Assembly (NCBI GenBank): GCA_051294375.1
Contig: CM119264.1
Location: 1,741,930 to 1,805,929, forward strand
DNA length: 64,000 nucleotides
Origin: Paraspadella gotoi
Taxonomy: Eukaryota; Animalia; Chaetognatha
Direction: 5' to 3'
Positions 14,455-27,771 of the stretch are shown here, one piece after another. The notes under the pieces were generated by a model. It was not told the DNA's origin. It made no database searches and saw only the letters and a program-made list of their open reading frames with translations. Positions within the stretch are counted from its first letter, which is position 1. Each line of letters begins with the position of its first letter. The position numbers and the translations under genes are program-made.

Positions 14455-14790
14455 TCCATCACTTGTCACAACTATCATAATTGCCATCACCTATCACAAC
14501 TATCATCATTAAAATTTCCTGTTACAAATATCGCCATTTCCATCAACTGTCACATTTAAACCGCTGGCATAACCTGTCACAACTATCATCGCTGCCATCA
14601 CCTGTCAAAACTATCATCGCTGCGATCACCTGTCACAACTATCATCGCTGTCATCACCTGTCACAACTTTCGTCGCCTGTCACGTCTTTCCCTAAACGTC
14701 TCAGCCGTTTCCTCTCACGGTCCATCGCTCTCTCTCTCTCTCTCTCTCTCAACCTGTCACAACTATCATCGGCTGTCATTCACTAGTCAA
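14455..14790. repeat. ~28-bp minisatellite (atcacctgtcacaactatcatcgctgcc)
   Basis: Several tandem imperfect copies. Confidence 0.75.
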
Positions 14791-14867
14791 CTTTCGTCGC
14801 CTTCACAGTCTTTCCCTAAACCGCTCAGCCGTTTCCTCTCACGGTCCATCGCTGCTCTCTCTCTCTA

Positions 14868-14917
<50 letters not shown>

Positions 14918-15002
14918 CTCTCTTCTCTCTCTCTTCGTTTGTCCGTTCTGTCTGTTCGTTCTATATTCATCACTCTTCACCTCGCAAGAAAATGAACGGA
15001 TC

Positions 15003-15036
<34 letters not shown>

Positions 15037-15791
15037 NNNNNNNNNNNNNNNNNNNNNNNNNTTTGGCGGGAAAAATTAAGGCGACAGATCAATGTCATCG
15101 TAAGTCAATCGTTAGATATGATATAAAACGTTGAGTTTATATTAAAAAAGACGTCATCTTAACAAGTTCCATTTTGATAAGAAGGATGAAACCATTTTTA
15201 TAAATACTGATTCAATTTTTTTTTTTTAATTTTCTTCGATCCATTTTATAAGATTGATTCATTCATAATTAATTATAATAATTAATTATATTAATTATTA
15301 ATTTTAATTATTTATTATATATTTCATATCTTAATAAATTCGCACAATATTTTTTTCTTATTTTCCTTCTTTCTCTCTGACCCGATTTCTAACCTCCTCC
15401 CTTCTACCTCCCTTTCTAACCTCCTCCTTTTCTAACCTCCTCCATTATCTAACCTCCTCGTTTGCTCCCTCTCTCTTTCATCCATCTATTCATTCCCTCT
15501 TTTCCCCCTTCCTTCCCCCTTCCCCTATCCCTCCCTCTCCCTTCCTACCTCTCTTCCTCCCCTCCCCTCCCCTCTTCCCTCCTCTCTTTCCTCCCATCCC
15601 CACATACTACCCTCTCCCTTTCCCTCTCCTCCTCTCTTTCCCACCTCCCCCACCTCTCCTCTCCCTCCTCTCCTCCCCACCCCTCCCCCACCTCCCCTCT
15701 CCCCTCTCCCTCTCCCTTTCCCCTCTCCCTCCTCTCTTTCCCCTCCCTCCCCCACCTCCCTCTCCCTCCCTCCCTCCCTCCCTCTTCTCAG

Positions 15792-15953
15792 AGGGCCGCC
15801 TCAACGGAACCCTGACCAAGAAGTGCATCATGGATTCGGTGGAGGATCGAAGCGACAAAACGCGGAAAGATGCATGTTTGCGGCAAAGACTGGACTTGGA
15901 ACATCCACATCACCTTCACGCTTCTCTCTGTTGACGATCTCAGAGACGATGGG
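15792..15953 (+). CDS. Cys-loop LGIC gene 2, N-terminal ECD exon (one apparent +1 indel near 15857-15870)
   Basis: CAG acceptor after a long pyrimidine tract. Reads EGRLNGTLTKKCIMDSVEDRSDK / KMHVCGKDWTWNIHITFTLLSVDDLRDDG|gt and joins the next exon in phase 0. Confidence 0.7.
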
Positions 15954-16171
15954 GTCGCTCATGTTGTTCATGTTGTTGTTGACGATGTTGATGATGATGT
16001 TGATGTTGTTGTTTTTGATGTTGCATTGTAGTGACGTTGCTAATGTGGTTGATGTTGTTGATGCTTTTACAATTGTATGTTGTTCTTAAAAAGCATTATT
16101 TATTTAATTTTGAATTTATTAACGCAATTAATTGATGATAAAAGATTAATATTGAACAATCTTCTTCACAG

Positions 16172-16287
16172 ACGATGCAAAGTCGCATTCGCTTGAAGAC
16201 CGAATGGCCCGACGAGAATCTTGGTTGGCCGGCCAAAGAGTTGGCCAACAAAGAAGACACCATTCTCATGCCGTCCAGTCTTGCCAG
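16172..16287 (+). CDS. Cys-loop LGIC gene 2 exon (WxDxxLxW motif)
   Basis: cag|TMQSRIRLKTEWPDENLGWPAKELANKEDTILMPSSLA(R)|gt. The phase-2 end matches the next exon. Confidence 0.85.
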
Positions 16288-16945
16288 GTCTGATGTGGTT
16301 CATTCTTGTCAGGTCTGATGTGGTTCATTCTTGCCAGGTCTGATTCGCTTTAGACTGGCTAGATCCGATGTGGTTCATTATTGCCAGGTCTTCGAAAATG
16401 TTGGGATATTGATACGATGGACTGCAACATAAATTTCATTTAGTTCATTTGTGATTGAACAATGAAAAAAATTTAACATTTAGAATAGAAAAAGTTTTAT
16501 TGTGTGCCTTTGCTTTTCGTCCATCGTTTAACTTAAAAAGAAATCATTTCCTTTTTCTGAAATTAAATAAAACCAAGAATTATAAAATTAATTTTATGTC
16601 AAGTGACGTAGTGATGTGATCACACCGAAAAAATAAAAAAAAACCTTTTAAGGAATTTCGAGATATAATTATACAAGTGAGAAGTTTGCAAAAGAATTCC
16701 TACTCGATTCGAGACAGAGCAGAGCGCCAAAGGATCAAGCGCGGATTAAATTTAAAACTAAACAAGAAAAAACAATAAATAAACAAAAGGCGTTCGTAGT
16801 GAATTTTTTTTAATGAAAAAGAAAAGAAAACAGTTTTCTTTAGTCGGACTTGATCCTCTTTCGGTTTCTTTGCTTTTTTAAAATCATTTTTCTTTTTCTT
16901 TTTTTAACTTACATTTCGTACAATATAAGTGTCAATTCGTCCTTT

Positions 16946-17278
16946 CGGCTCTCTTTTCCTAGAGTGCCTCATTTCTGATTGTTTATCCCAGAAATTAATT
17001 TTAGCTTAAATATTTAACCTAAATATGTTCTTAAACTTATAAACAAATCCTAAAATCCTAATCTCTAACCTTAATCCTAACTTAATTTTGACCCTTATCT
17101 TTAATCCCTTATTCTGAATTTGTAATCCTAACCTCTAACCCTAAATGCTGATTATTAACTTTAATCACTAACCTTCTTGCAAACCTAATCCTTAACCTCT
17201 AACCTAAATTTTAATTAAAAAAGATTAACCTAATTCGGAATTGAAGATAAAACGGGGCATTCGGGGAAAATAAGGCCG
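16946..17278. mobile_element. MITE with ~35-bp GGC-terminated TIRs and telomere-like (taaccctaa/taatcctaa) interior; related ends at ~9306, 17517, 30462, 33948, 63550
   Basis: Left 'cggctctcttttcctagagtgcctcatt' versus right 'aacggggcattcggggaaaataaggccg'. The same terminal motif recurs several times in the window. Confidence 0.6.
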
Positions 17279-17928
17279 TCTATTTTCTCTTTTCTCTCAT
17301 TGATCATCATTTATTCATTCCACTTTATTCTTAATTTCTTTTCTTCTCGACTTCTATTTTTTTTACTCGCTTTCTTTTTTATTCCTCCACCTACTTAATC
17401 TATTTTTAACACCGCCTTTCGAACCACCTCGTCCACCCACTAATCCCACTCTTGTCCCCCCCTTATCCTCCCACTCTATCCTCCACTATATTTTCCGTTG
17501 ATCCTTCCTCTTTTTGTCTTTATTTTCCTAAAGCACCTCGTTTCATCTTAAATTCGGAATTAAAGCAGTTTTGAGGATTAATTATTAAGTCAAAGGTGAA
17601 GGATTAGGATTAAAGATTAAGTTACTGATTTGGGTTAAAAATGAGGATTAAGGATTAAGTTACTGATTTGGGTTCAGGATTAGCATTAAAAATTAATTTT
17701 TAGTATTGGGCGTTAGGCTCAGAGATTAAGTTCAAGGTTTTGGGTTAGGGTTGAGTATTTGGTTAGGGATTAGAGTTGGGAATTAAAGTTAAAGATTAAT
17801 TTTTAGGTTTGGCAATAGATTAAAGTTAAAGACCTATCTTAAAACAAATTGAGGGGAGATTAAGTCTGCTCGAAATGGGCCACTTTTGGAATTGTTTTGT
17901 TGTTTCAACCCCAAAATCTCGCCACCAG

Positions 17929-18141
17929 GTGGCCAAAATTCGTGCTTCTCGACGATCAAGATTCACAAAATTCACTCATGAAGAAAATGAGCGAATTTCC
18001 GGTGAAAATCAACAACAAAGGAGACAACACGATGATGGCCGAGGTCACCACGGTTACCGCCTGCAATATGGACACCACTTACTTTCCAAACGACATCCAA
18101 ACTTGCAGAATCAAGATCGCTCTCATTCCGTTGAGCATTCG
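17929..18141 (+). CDS. Cys-loop LGIC gene 2 exon containing the Cys-loop signature
   Basis: cag|..WPKFVLLDDQDSQNSLMKKMSEFPVKINNKGDNTMMAEVTTVTA-CNMDTTYFPNDIQTC-RIKIALIPLSIR|gtgag. The C-x13-C loop with FPxDxQxC is the family signature. Confidence 0.92.
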
Positions 18142-18486
18142 GTGAGGAAGAGGGGAAGGAGGAGGAGGAGGAGGAGGAGGAGAAGGAGGATGATGATTGG
18201 TGATGATTGGTGCGTGATTGATGATAATGATGATCATAATTGGTGATGATGATATTAATTATGATAAATCAATTATTGATCGAGTAAACTGATTGATTGA
18301 TTGATTAATAATCGTTTTAATGATTATTTGATTGCCGGTTATTAAAAATTATTGATTGTTTGATTGTATGAATAATCGATTGACTAGATAAGATTGATTT
18401 CATTCCATTGATCGATTATTCGATTTTGATTGATTGCTTAATTGTATCGATTGATTGATCTAACTCCCCCGCCCCCTCTATTTCAG

Positions 18487-18649
18487 AGACATCGCCAATC
18501 TGACCGTCAGCTACGAACACGACGACGATCTCTTCGACGAATCCGTTGATTGGCCGCTGGAGCCGACTTACTCCAGCACCACCACTGGAGCTTTGATCGT
18601 AGGAGTCGTCACCGACAGCGACGACGGAACCAGGACCAAAGACACGAAG
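18487..18649 (+). CDS. Cys-loop LGIC gene 2 exon (beta8-beta9/loop C region)
   Basis: tttcag|DIANLTVSYEHDDDLFDESVDWPLEPTYSSTTTGALIVGVVTDSDDGTRTKDTK|gt, in phase with the previous exon. Confidence 0.85.
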
Positions 18650-21600
18650 GTTTTTGTTGTTTTTTTTTGGGAGGGAGGTTTGTTTTGGTTTTGTTTCGTT
18701 ATTTACTTTTTCTTTCTGTTTTGTTATTTTGTTTGAATTTTCTTTTCTTTTCTTTATTTATTTGTTTTTGTTCTGTTGTTTATTTTTTTTTTTAAATTGT
18801 TTGGTTTTTATATTTTGTCTTTTTGTTTTATTTTTGTCTTGTTTTGTTTAGTTTTGCTTTTCTTTTCTTCTGATTTTCTTTTCTTTTCTTTAGTTTAATA
18901 GCGAGATAGATTTCGTAATTGCCGCCTGTTTTAGTTATCGATTATATTTATTTATTTCATGGAATTAGNNNNNNNNNNNNNNNNNNNNNNNNNAATTTCC
19001 TGCGAAGGGAATCTCTTTTATTTTTATGTCTCAAAAATTACACTTCTCGTCACGTTCATTCTAAAATTTATTTCTTACTGTTTTTTGTCTAAATATCAAT
19101 CAGGCTCTGTTGATTTAAATTATTTGAAACAAGATAGATGCTGATTCTTGTTTCGTCTTCTTCACTATTTTCAATAATAATCTTTTATTTGTACTTATCC
19201 ATCCCTTTCTGTACCAAAATAGCAATAATTTCTTTTAACATATCTAATAATAGATAATCATAACGTATATACACCAAAAAACATTACTGAAATCTTTTTT
19301 CTCTGTAAAAAGATGATGAACTTTAAAAATAGCTGAATAGATTTATCAACCAGTATAGATATTAATTAAATTTTGGATTCAAATTACTATTATTCAATGT
19401 AAAAGAGGGTTTAAAATAAAATCACAGCGTTAAAAATGAATATAAATAAAAACACACATGCAACGTTTTTCCAATGATAAAAATGTATATAATAAAATAA
19501 CACTGATAAAACGACTTTCTAGAAGTACCAAAAAGTGAATAACACACACGTTTAACCATACAGCGCAGAACGAATATTTCCAAAGAGATCAACTAACTTA
19601 AAACCGAGCGAAGAAAACACGCTTTTTTGTTCCAATGTAAAAGAGATAAAAAGAAGTTCTCTCTAAGGGTTACTTAGAGAACAACTAATATCAATCCAAA
19701 CCACTTAAAAAAACTGACTTATTACCTAACTAAAATTCGGCTATTAATCTGAAATGGGGCGCTTGGGATAAATATGGCCGTTAAGACACCCTATTAAAAT
19801 TATGTCTATTTTTTTTAAGCATGATTTAACGGAGTTAAGAACTCGTAAAGTATCAAAAAAACGTCGATAAGAGGGAATCAAATATTTCTAGAGGCATAGT
19901 CATGTCCTCCATGTTGTAAGATAAATCCGTAATCTGCTTCGCGAGTTTTATTTTAGCAAACAACAACAACATTGGAAATTATCGTTACCTATTTGCTTAC
20001 TCTAAAATAAGAAAAAAAGCAAAAATACATGATTAGCACGTAATAATACTTACTGTAATTGATAGTTAAACTTTTTTTTTTCCCGATTGCTCCCATTAAA
20101 ATAGCACCTTCCGTAAATAACTTGAATATGAGGGCCGCGATACTGCTGATGATTTATACCTCGACCTCTATCTCTCATCATCGTCTTTTCCCTAACGACC
20201 ACATGATCCTCAGACCTCCGGTCATTGAATCAGTCGTCCCGGCCTTCAATGTATTTGTTAATTATTACTATTTTTAATCAAAAAAATTGATGTCTTTTCT
20301 TTTAAAAAACCCCATTTTTTCTAGGGTCCTTGTGATACTTCACACTTTGAATCGATCACGGCAGACCATAAACCCGATCGGAAACTAAAAAGTAATACCA
20401 AAAACTACTCGTAGCAATTATCGACTAACTGTCAATATCAAGAAACACGTTTTCGCTAGACGCAAAGACGAAAATGTCTATGCACGTTCATACGTGTATG
20501 AAAATCATATGAAAAAATTTCAAAGAATCGAAAACAAGGCATCATTGCGGAGGCGCAGCGCAATGTGAGTTCAAAACGTTCTGCACTGGTTGCATACTTC
20601 CTCATCCTTTCTTGCGTGATGGATTATTTTTATTCTCCGGCGACGACGCCGTGGCAAAGCGCCGCCAAGGACACGCCCGCGAAACTCGCGCGAGGATATC
20701 ATTCTCCTTTAACCCTCGGCTCATGGATTTGGACTTGAAACAAGTTTTTGTAACGTCAACAGTCGACTCTTTTGGATCAAAATAAGCTTTTTAGCCAAAC
20801 CATGGATACGCGGCCAGTGTGGTAAGATGCACCGCGCTCGCGGCTTACGCACGTGCTTTCAGAGACCGCGACTTAGGGGGGGATGAGGCCTGAGTTACCG
20901 CGAGACATCGACTACTCTCTCTCCATTTCCCCTCACGGCCACATGAGCCGGTCAGACTCCGGTCCATTGGTCTCGTCGTCTCCCGGGCTGTTCAAACGGA
21001 GCTTTCTAGAATTCGCCGTGTGGCCGGAGCCACGAGGAGACCATCTGAATACCGTCTGTCAACCCTCTGAAGACTGTTTTCACGGACAAGGTTAATTATT
21101 GTCTCTTTTCTCGCTAGTATGAACATAGGTTTGAATAGTGAATTTATATTTCTCTCGCTTATAATATATTGTTCTCTCTCGCCTAATCCTTCCTTATGTC
21201 GTGGCTACTTCACCACCACAATTGAAGAATCATCTAGTTCTGTAAAGACAAAATTTGATAAGTCCATTTTTTTTACTTTTTAAATCTTTTTTAATGATGC
21301 AAATAGGGTAAAACCGCCTGAAAATCAATTAGCAAAGAGTAAAAGATACGAGCTTTCAAATCAGGTTCATTAGAGAAAATTGACGCCTTAAAAATGCATA
21401 AAGTGAAGTAATTGAATCTAGGCAAAAATGTACTATATCCTTGCCCCATTTGAGGATATTTATTCTGTACGAGAGGTTTTTGAGTGGATGGAAAGTAAGA
21501 GGATGAAGTACAGTTTATAGTTCATCAGTACTCGGTGTCAAGATTTTGAAATGATCACAAAAAAGATAATTTTATAGATCGAGGGTTTTTTTAGTAATGA

Positions 21601-24600
21601 GGGATTTATCTAAGTTGAAGGTAAACATATGTCGGTACTATAAGCAATAGCTTAATTTTAAATGTTATCATGTTCATTTGGAGTTTTAAGTTGTCGCTAA
21701 CGATATGCGAGACTCTATAAGTTACTCTTGTTATTGGATCGGTTCGTAGTACTGCATAATTATACTTGTCCGTTATCTACTTCAATTCAGTTTCTTTAAT
21801 TGCTATAAATCTAATTTTAATAAAAATGTAATACTGAGATCATTCTACGATTTGCAAACAGACGTGGGATATAAGGTATTATTACATGCTTTTGTTTACA
21901 GTTGTTAAGTACAAGTGATCCATATATATAGAGTCTGATAGAGACTTTTTTTCATATATACTCTGTGTGAGTTGTTCTCATAAAATTGCTTGTAAGGACA
22001 ACTGAAATCTAGTTGTAGATGCTTGTTAGTATGTATCGTCGCTTTGCCTTAAGCAGAAGTCGGTGATAAATATTATATTAATGTGTTTGATTAAAACATT
22101 ATAAAAATAAAAAAATTAAGATTTTAGATGAAAATTTGCAAAATTACTTGTTTCAACCATATTTTTTAGTTTTCTATTTTGAATATATTTTAATAATTTT
22201 ATGAACGGTTTATAGTTTCTAATACTATATCAATTTTTTCAAACATATATTGGGCTTTCTTGTTTTTAAAAATGTTTTATGTTTTCTAATAAATTCAATT
22301 TCTTTTGACTGATAGAGCTTACTAGCAAAGTTAGATTAGAAGGTTTATTAATTAGCAACTTGATGTTGTTGCATTGTTGTTAGCAATTTTTTTTTTTATT
22401 TTTAGAGATTTCATATATTTTGTAATTAACAAATTATTAATTAATAATGATGATGAGTAATTATAAAATTTTTATCAATAAAAGTTGTTTATTTGGAATT
22501 TGTAGTAACTAACCTTTATCATAAACTTTTTAAATCTTTATCAAGAATCCATTTTTAATAATTGTAAATTTCTTTAAAAAAATTTTAAGCTATTTCTTTT
22601 TATATTATGTGAATATTTAAATGCTTCATGCATGAGGAAAATTTGAAGTTTTCATCAAATTTAAATGCATGAGAGTCAATTTGGTTGTAAAAATGACAAA
22701 AGACTTTTACTTGCCGACTTTTTGTCATATTGTAAATGTAAAAATTCTGGCCGACTTATTGGCTTAAGAAGTCACAATAAGAAGTCATGGCGAATAACAT
22801 TTTGAAGACTTGCGGCGGATCTTGTTTTTCCATTTTACTTTAAATCTACTAGGTTTCCATAAGTTTATGGTTTACAGGACCTAGTCACCCGACATCTCAT
22901 TTAACGCACCTCTTTCGCCGGATCAACATGCCGCGTGTCGAAAAAGTCGCGCTGCAGCGGGGTGGAGTTGGGATGTGTAACGCGGAGACGCCGGCAGACA
23001 AGCGTGAGATCGAGAACATGACGATGGAGATTGACGGCAAAAGCCAGGACGAGGTGTCGGCGAGACGCTCCCGTGCGCGCGAATCTGCTGGATTAGAGGG
23101 AGAAATGGCGGGGAAAGAAAATTTGCGATTGGAAAATGTCCGAGATGAGGGCGCGAGATTGTGGCGAGGTGATTTTGGTTTGTTGCAGGATTTTTTTAGA
23201 AGATTGTCCAGTTTGAGCCAATTATACATGTAAGGGCAATTTAGTACCGACACGCTTGCAATTCTGCTAGTTTGCAGAACTTCGGATTGTGACTGTAGTT
23301 CGGCCGCTACAGGTCGGGTAGACAGTCACGTCCGCTGTAGTAGGCATTTGACACGTATGGGTCGCGGGAAATCCAAGCACCGGGTAGGTGGGAAGAAAGA
23401 ATTGTCTCGCTCATTACGCGCAACCAGGGGCTTGCCCTATGGATTTCAGTCAGAGTGCGTGAATGTGTCGGCGATCAGAGGTATAGGTTTAAAGGGTTAC
23501 GGCTTAGGATGAGAAGTTCATGGGTAAGAGGATTTATCGTTAGGGATTAGGATTAAGTATCAGGTGGAGGGATTTTATCGTTAGGGAATTAGGATTGAAG
23601 TTGCAGGTTAGGGATTATCATTAGGAGTAGATTAAGTTCGATAAGGGGGATTTATGGTTTTGGGAGTTAGGTGTAAGTTCGCTGGCTGTTAGGGGATTTT
23701 ATCATTAGGGATTAGGTTAGTTGCGGCGTAAGGGAATCGTTGCAATGCAATTAAAGTCGGAGGGATTTTTCAGGGATTGGTCAAGTTCTGGTGTATGAAG
23801 CATCTTATTTTGGAAGTGGATAGTTTGTTCTAGTTGTTTGTAAATATTAAAAAAGAGTTAAAATTAAGTTAGAGATAAAACAAACACAGAAATGGGGACG
23901 CTCCATCGGAGGAAAAAGAGAGCCCAACGTGCGGCAACCTCACCCGCCCAAAAGAGGCGTCGTGCCCAACTGAGATTCTTGGATCAGTAAAAATCTCCAT
24001 CCTGCTTCCTTTCTCCTCAGTCCATGTCGATACGTGTCGTCCTGCGGCTGTCTGGCTTCCTAGCTGGTCGTCCCGGCGGAGCCCTGAAGGCAGCGAGCGG
24101 CGCGTGGGATGCTCGTTTGCTCCAGCCGAGCGGCGGAACGAAGCATGGTGCCAACGGAAAGAGAAGGGACCTATGCGTTTGTTCCGAAAGGCAAATGGCG
24201 GACAAGAGGTGCGAAAAAAGGAGGGTTCGCCGTAGGTCCACGCATGTGGGTTCTTTGTAGGGGAGCCAGATGTGTCGCTGAAATTTTGGGGTGGGTATGG
24301 GGTATGATGGGGTAAATCTTAAAGTGAGAATCTAGATGTTTGGAGTAAGGCTCTAGGAGTCGGCTGAAGAGCTTACCTATCTGTATGCTTTCTGTGCCGC
24401 GCCTGGCAGCAGGCAATTGAATGGGTCCTTTTCCTGGTGGGAACCGAGGCTTCCGGGGTAAGTTTTTACTTTTGCTTGATCGTTCTGTCCGCCCCCTTGG
24501 GTCCGTGGGCTTCGGAAAAGGTCAACGTGAGCCAGCGCGGTGTGACTATTGTATGGGTCCTATGAGCGCGACAGGTGAAGCTTAGCCGTAATGCCGAAGA

Positions 24601-27088
24601 ACGATAAAACAATAGAAAGTTAGCCCCTTTAATTATTTAATAAGACCGTGCTAGTCGATCCTTGCCTCCTTGGGTCAGTTCAGGTTAAGATATTAACATA
24701 CTAATAAGGAAAATGTTAGCTTAAGCTGTTTAATGCGAGACTTGAAGTTATCACGCAGGAAGTTTTATAAGCCACGGGATATTAAATGAATATTTTTGGA
24801 GTCTTATGATCACGGATGTTGTAATTTGGACGGTTGGTGGATGATAGAAATAGACTGAAAATGCTTGTCTCAAGTTGCTTTAGGCAACAAGCTTAACTAC
24901 TGGAGAAAGTATTAGCCTCGCGTGCGAGCTAAGATTTTTTTTTAAGGTTGGAGAAAAGTGAACGGCAATTTAGAATGGAGGGAAAACGGAGAGAGAGGAG
25001 AGAGAGAGAGGTAGATAAGAGAGAATGAAGGAAAATTCATATCGGAATCAATAAAGACGCAACGACACGATATGACGTTTTTTCCAATCCTGACTAGGCC
25101 TGTACGCACATGTCATCCACCATGCCGTGCCTTATCCCAGAAAGTCAGTGGTGTGACCCTTCCTCCCTGTTCAGCGCATTCTCCTTGCTCACTTAACGCT
25201 GTTCAACGGCCAACATAGTGGACTGCCTATGGTGAGAGGACCATAGTAAATGACTGAACCGATCCGTGTTCTGCGCGCTTTCTGTGGTGAGAAATAGAGT
25301 AAATTCCATATATAACTATACTTTGACACTATCTTTTGTCTCTTCTTCTGTCTCTCTGCTCTTACGTCTGCACTCTCTCATCTCTGCTCAGTCGTTCTTC
25401 TGCTCTCTGTCCTAGTCTCAATCTAGGCGTAGAGGCAAAAATAGCAGAATCTCTCGCACTCAGTGATCCATAATAGTCGTTTGCCTTTTACTGTTCCTTT
25501 AATTCCCAAGGAGTAACTTCAGTTCTTATTCTATTTTTTTTTTAAGGCCGGGAACAAATTTTCTGTTTCTTTTGGAAATATCATCGCGGCGCCCGGGCTT
25601 TAAAATGCTAACATGTAAAGAACATGAGACAAAAACAATAAAACCTGAAACAATGAAAAAGTGTTCATCTACAAGATCAACTCTTTTTAAAGTCGTTTTG
25701 GAAAAACAAAAAATAGAGAGCGTGTTAAAGTTTAGCAACCGCGAGTAGAATCAGCTGGTTTAGCTTTATTTTATATTCAAGTGATATGGACGGTAATTAC
25801 TGAGTTGAGTACGATAGTGATCAAAATTGTATCATATCGGCAACGCCTCTCTTCAGCGTCTGTTTCGTGTGGCAGAGAGGCAATCTTATTTCGACTATTC
25901 GGAAAAAAAGTTACGACCCGCTGAGTGTATGCTAGATTTCACACGAAGTTTGAAGGCAAAGTAGATATTGTCTCTGGATCTGGCCCACATTAGTATTCAT
26001 GGTGTAATCGTTAATGTAATATGTCTAATTAATAACTATAATTATTACAGTGATAATGTATAATTCAATTATATGATATTAAATTCATGTTATGAAATGA
26101 GTAAAATAGAATAAATAGTGGGTCCAGTAAATTGTTCTTATGTTAATCAGGTTAAGTGGAATATAGACAGGTTTATCTTTTGTCAATTTGTAATGACTTA
26201 TTTCCAACCTCTGGAAATGATTCAGCCATTCGGAGTAACTGATTTGTCCAGCTTAATAACACAACGTACGGGTCGCGGTGTACGGCAACACGGGCGGCTG
26301 GTGTACAGTAGGCGTGGCGAGTGGCAGATTGAGTCGGTGTTGGGAGTGTGCCAAGTGTGGGGATGCCGGAATACGTTATGGGCGTGAGGACTCGCAATTT
26401 AATGCAATGCAGTCCTGTCCAATCACGAGTAATTTGGTAGTTTTTTGCTAAGATGGGTACGGACGGACGGACGGACGGACGGACATTGGTTTTTATGCAT
26501 AATTTATCAATAATGTTCTGACATGAGTTTATTAAGTAATGCCGACAAGATTGAGGGGCGGACCCAGGACGGCCCGACAAAGGGAATATACGAGTCGGGA
26601 TATGCTAATAAGCAGATCCGATTAAAATAGGCTTGGAAAATAAATAAGGAATTAAATTCGCCAGAAGGGAAAAGAAGCGTAAAGAATTTATAGAGCAAAA
26701 AAAAAATTGAGAGACGAAATAATTCGGAAACGAAGAGGGTCAATAACATTAGAGGCTGAAACATGTACGGGCACTCCGATAGGACAGGGTGAACAATGCC
26801 AATGAACTAGACGAAGAAACACGAATAAGACGAAAGAACATAAGCTAACGACAAACATTAACGCACGAAAAACCACGAGTGAACAAACGAATGAACCAAA
26901 AGAACGAATGAACGATCTAACGAACAAATGAACAAACACGAACGAAACGAAAGGAAAAGAAAAAAAAATAAAGATCATAAGGTGGACTAAAATCGCACCA
27001 ACGTTTCATCAGCGGCCATTGGTGGCCGGAGGCAAGTCATTCGCCTCCCAACCCCAAAAGGTCGGGGTTTTAGCTCGGTGGGTCGCCT

Positions 27089-27167
27089 AGCAGTTTAGAG
27101 GGACGGGGCGCTTAACCCGCCTCGTAACTCGTTGTTACAGAGCCTGATCCGAAGCTCAGGGACTGCT
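27089..27167 (+). ncRNA. Putative permuted (P5-type) twister ribozyme, family A 5' LTR
   Basis: AGCAGU..GAGG GA CGGG GCGC U UAA CCC GC [P3] CUGA UCCGAAGC UCAG GG ACUGCU. P5, P4, T1 (CGGG/UCCG) and T2 (GC/GC) pairings are present. Confidence 0.7.
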
Positions 27168-27520
27168 TATATTGAACGGTTTCTGTCATTAACACACATC
27201 AATAATCACTGTCTCTTCATTGGTGAGCCCGACTTACGAACACAACGCAACAACAACACTTTCAAGGCAACATGACTCAACCCTGGCGAATGCACTTTCC
27301 GCCCACAACACATCAGGCGACAGTGCCTCAACTTGGTGACGAACTTTCCACCAACAACAACAATTCACTGAAGAGACGCAACAGACTTCTACCTATGGGA
27401 GGGGGATGTATGGTGACTAAAATCCACCAACCGTTCATTCAGCGGGCCATTGGTGCCGGAGGCAAGTCATATCGCCTCCGCAAGCCCAAAGATCCGGGGT
27501 TCTAGTCCCGCTGGCCGCCT

Positions 27521-27599
27521 AGCAGTTTAGAGGGACGGGGCGCTTAACCCGCCTGTAACTTAGGTGTTACCAGCCATGATCCCAAGCTCAGGGACTGCT
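27521..27599 (+). ncRNA. Putative permuted twister ribozyme, family A 3' LTR
   Basis: Same motif as 27089-27167 with minor differences (loop UCCCAAGC, as in canonical twister). Confidence 0.7.
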
Positions 27600-27771
27600 T
27601 ATATTGAACGGTTTCTGTCATTAACATCATATCAAGTAATCACTGTCTCTTCAGTCACTACATTAAACTAACTAAACCAACTCAACTAACTTAACTTAAC
27701 TTAACTTAACTTAATGAAAAGAATGAACGTACGAACACGAACGAGCGAACGACACATTGACTATTAAGTTA

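Larger units (their letters stand above)
26978..27653 (+). mobile_element. TRIM-like mini LTR element, family A (LTRs 26978-27219 and 27407-27653; PBS tRNA-Trp 27221-27233; PPT 27397-27406)
   Basis: Direct ~245-bp repeats ending ..ctcttCA, with the 3' LTR starting TG. 'tggtgagcccgac' follows the 5' LTR and 'gggaggggga' precedes the 3' LTR. Flanks g(a)tca/gtca. Empty site at ~28030 in the inverted arm. Confidence 0.85.

Noticed and set aside
24480-24560. 'tccgaagccc' on - resembling a twister L4 loop
   Set aside because: Flanking stems and the UAA site could not be found in this noisy sequence.
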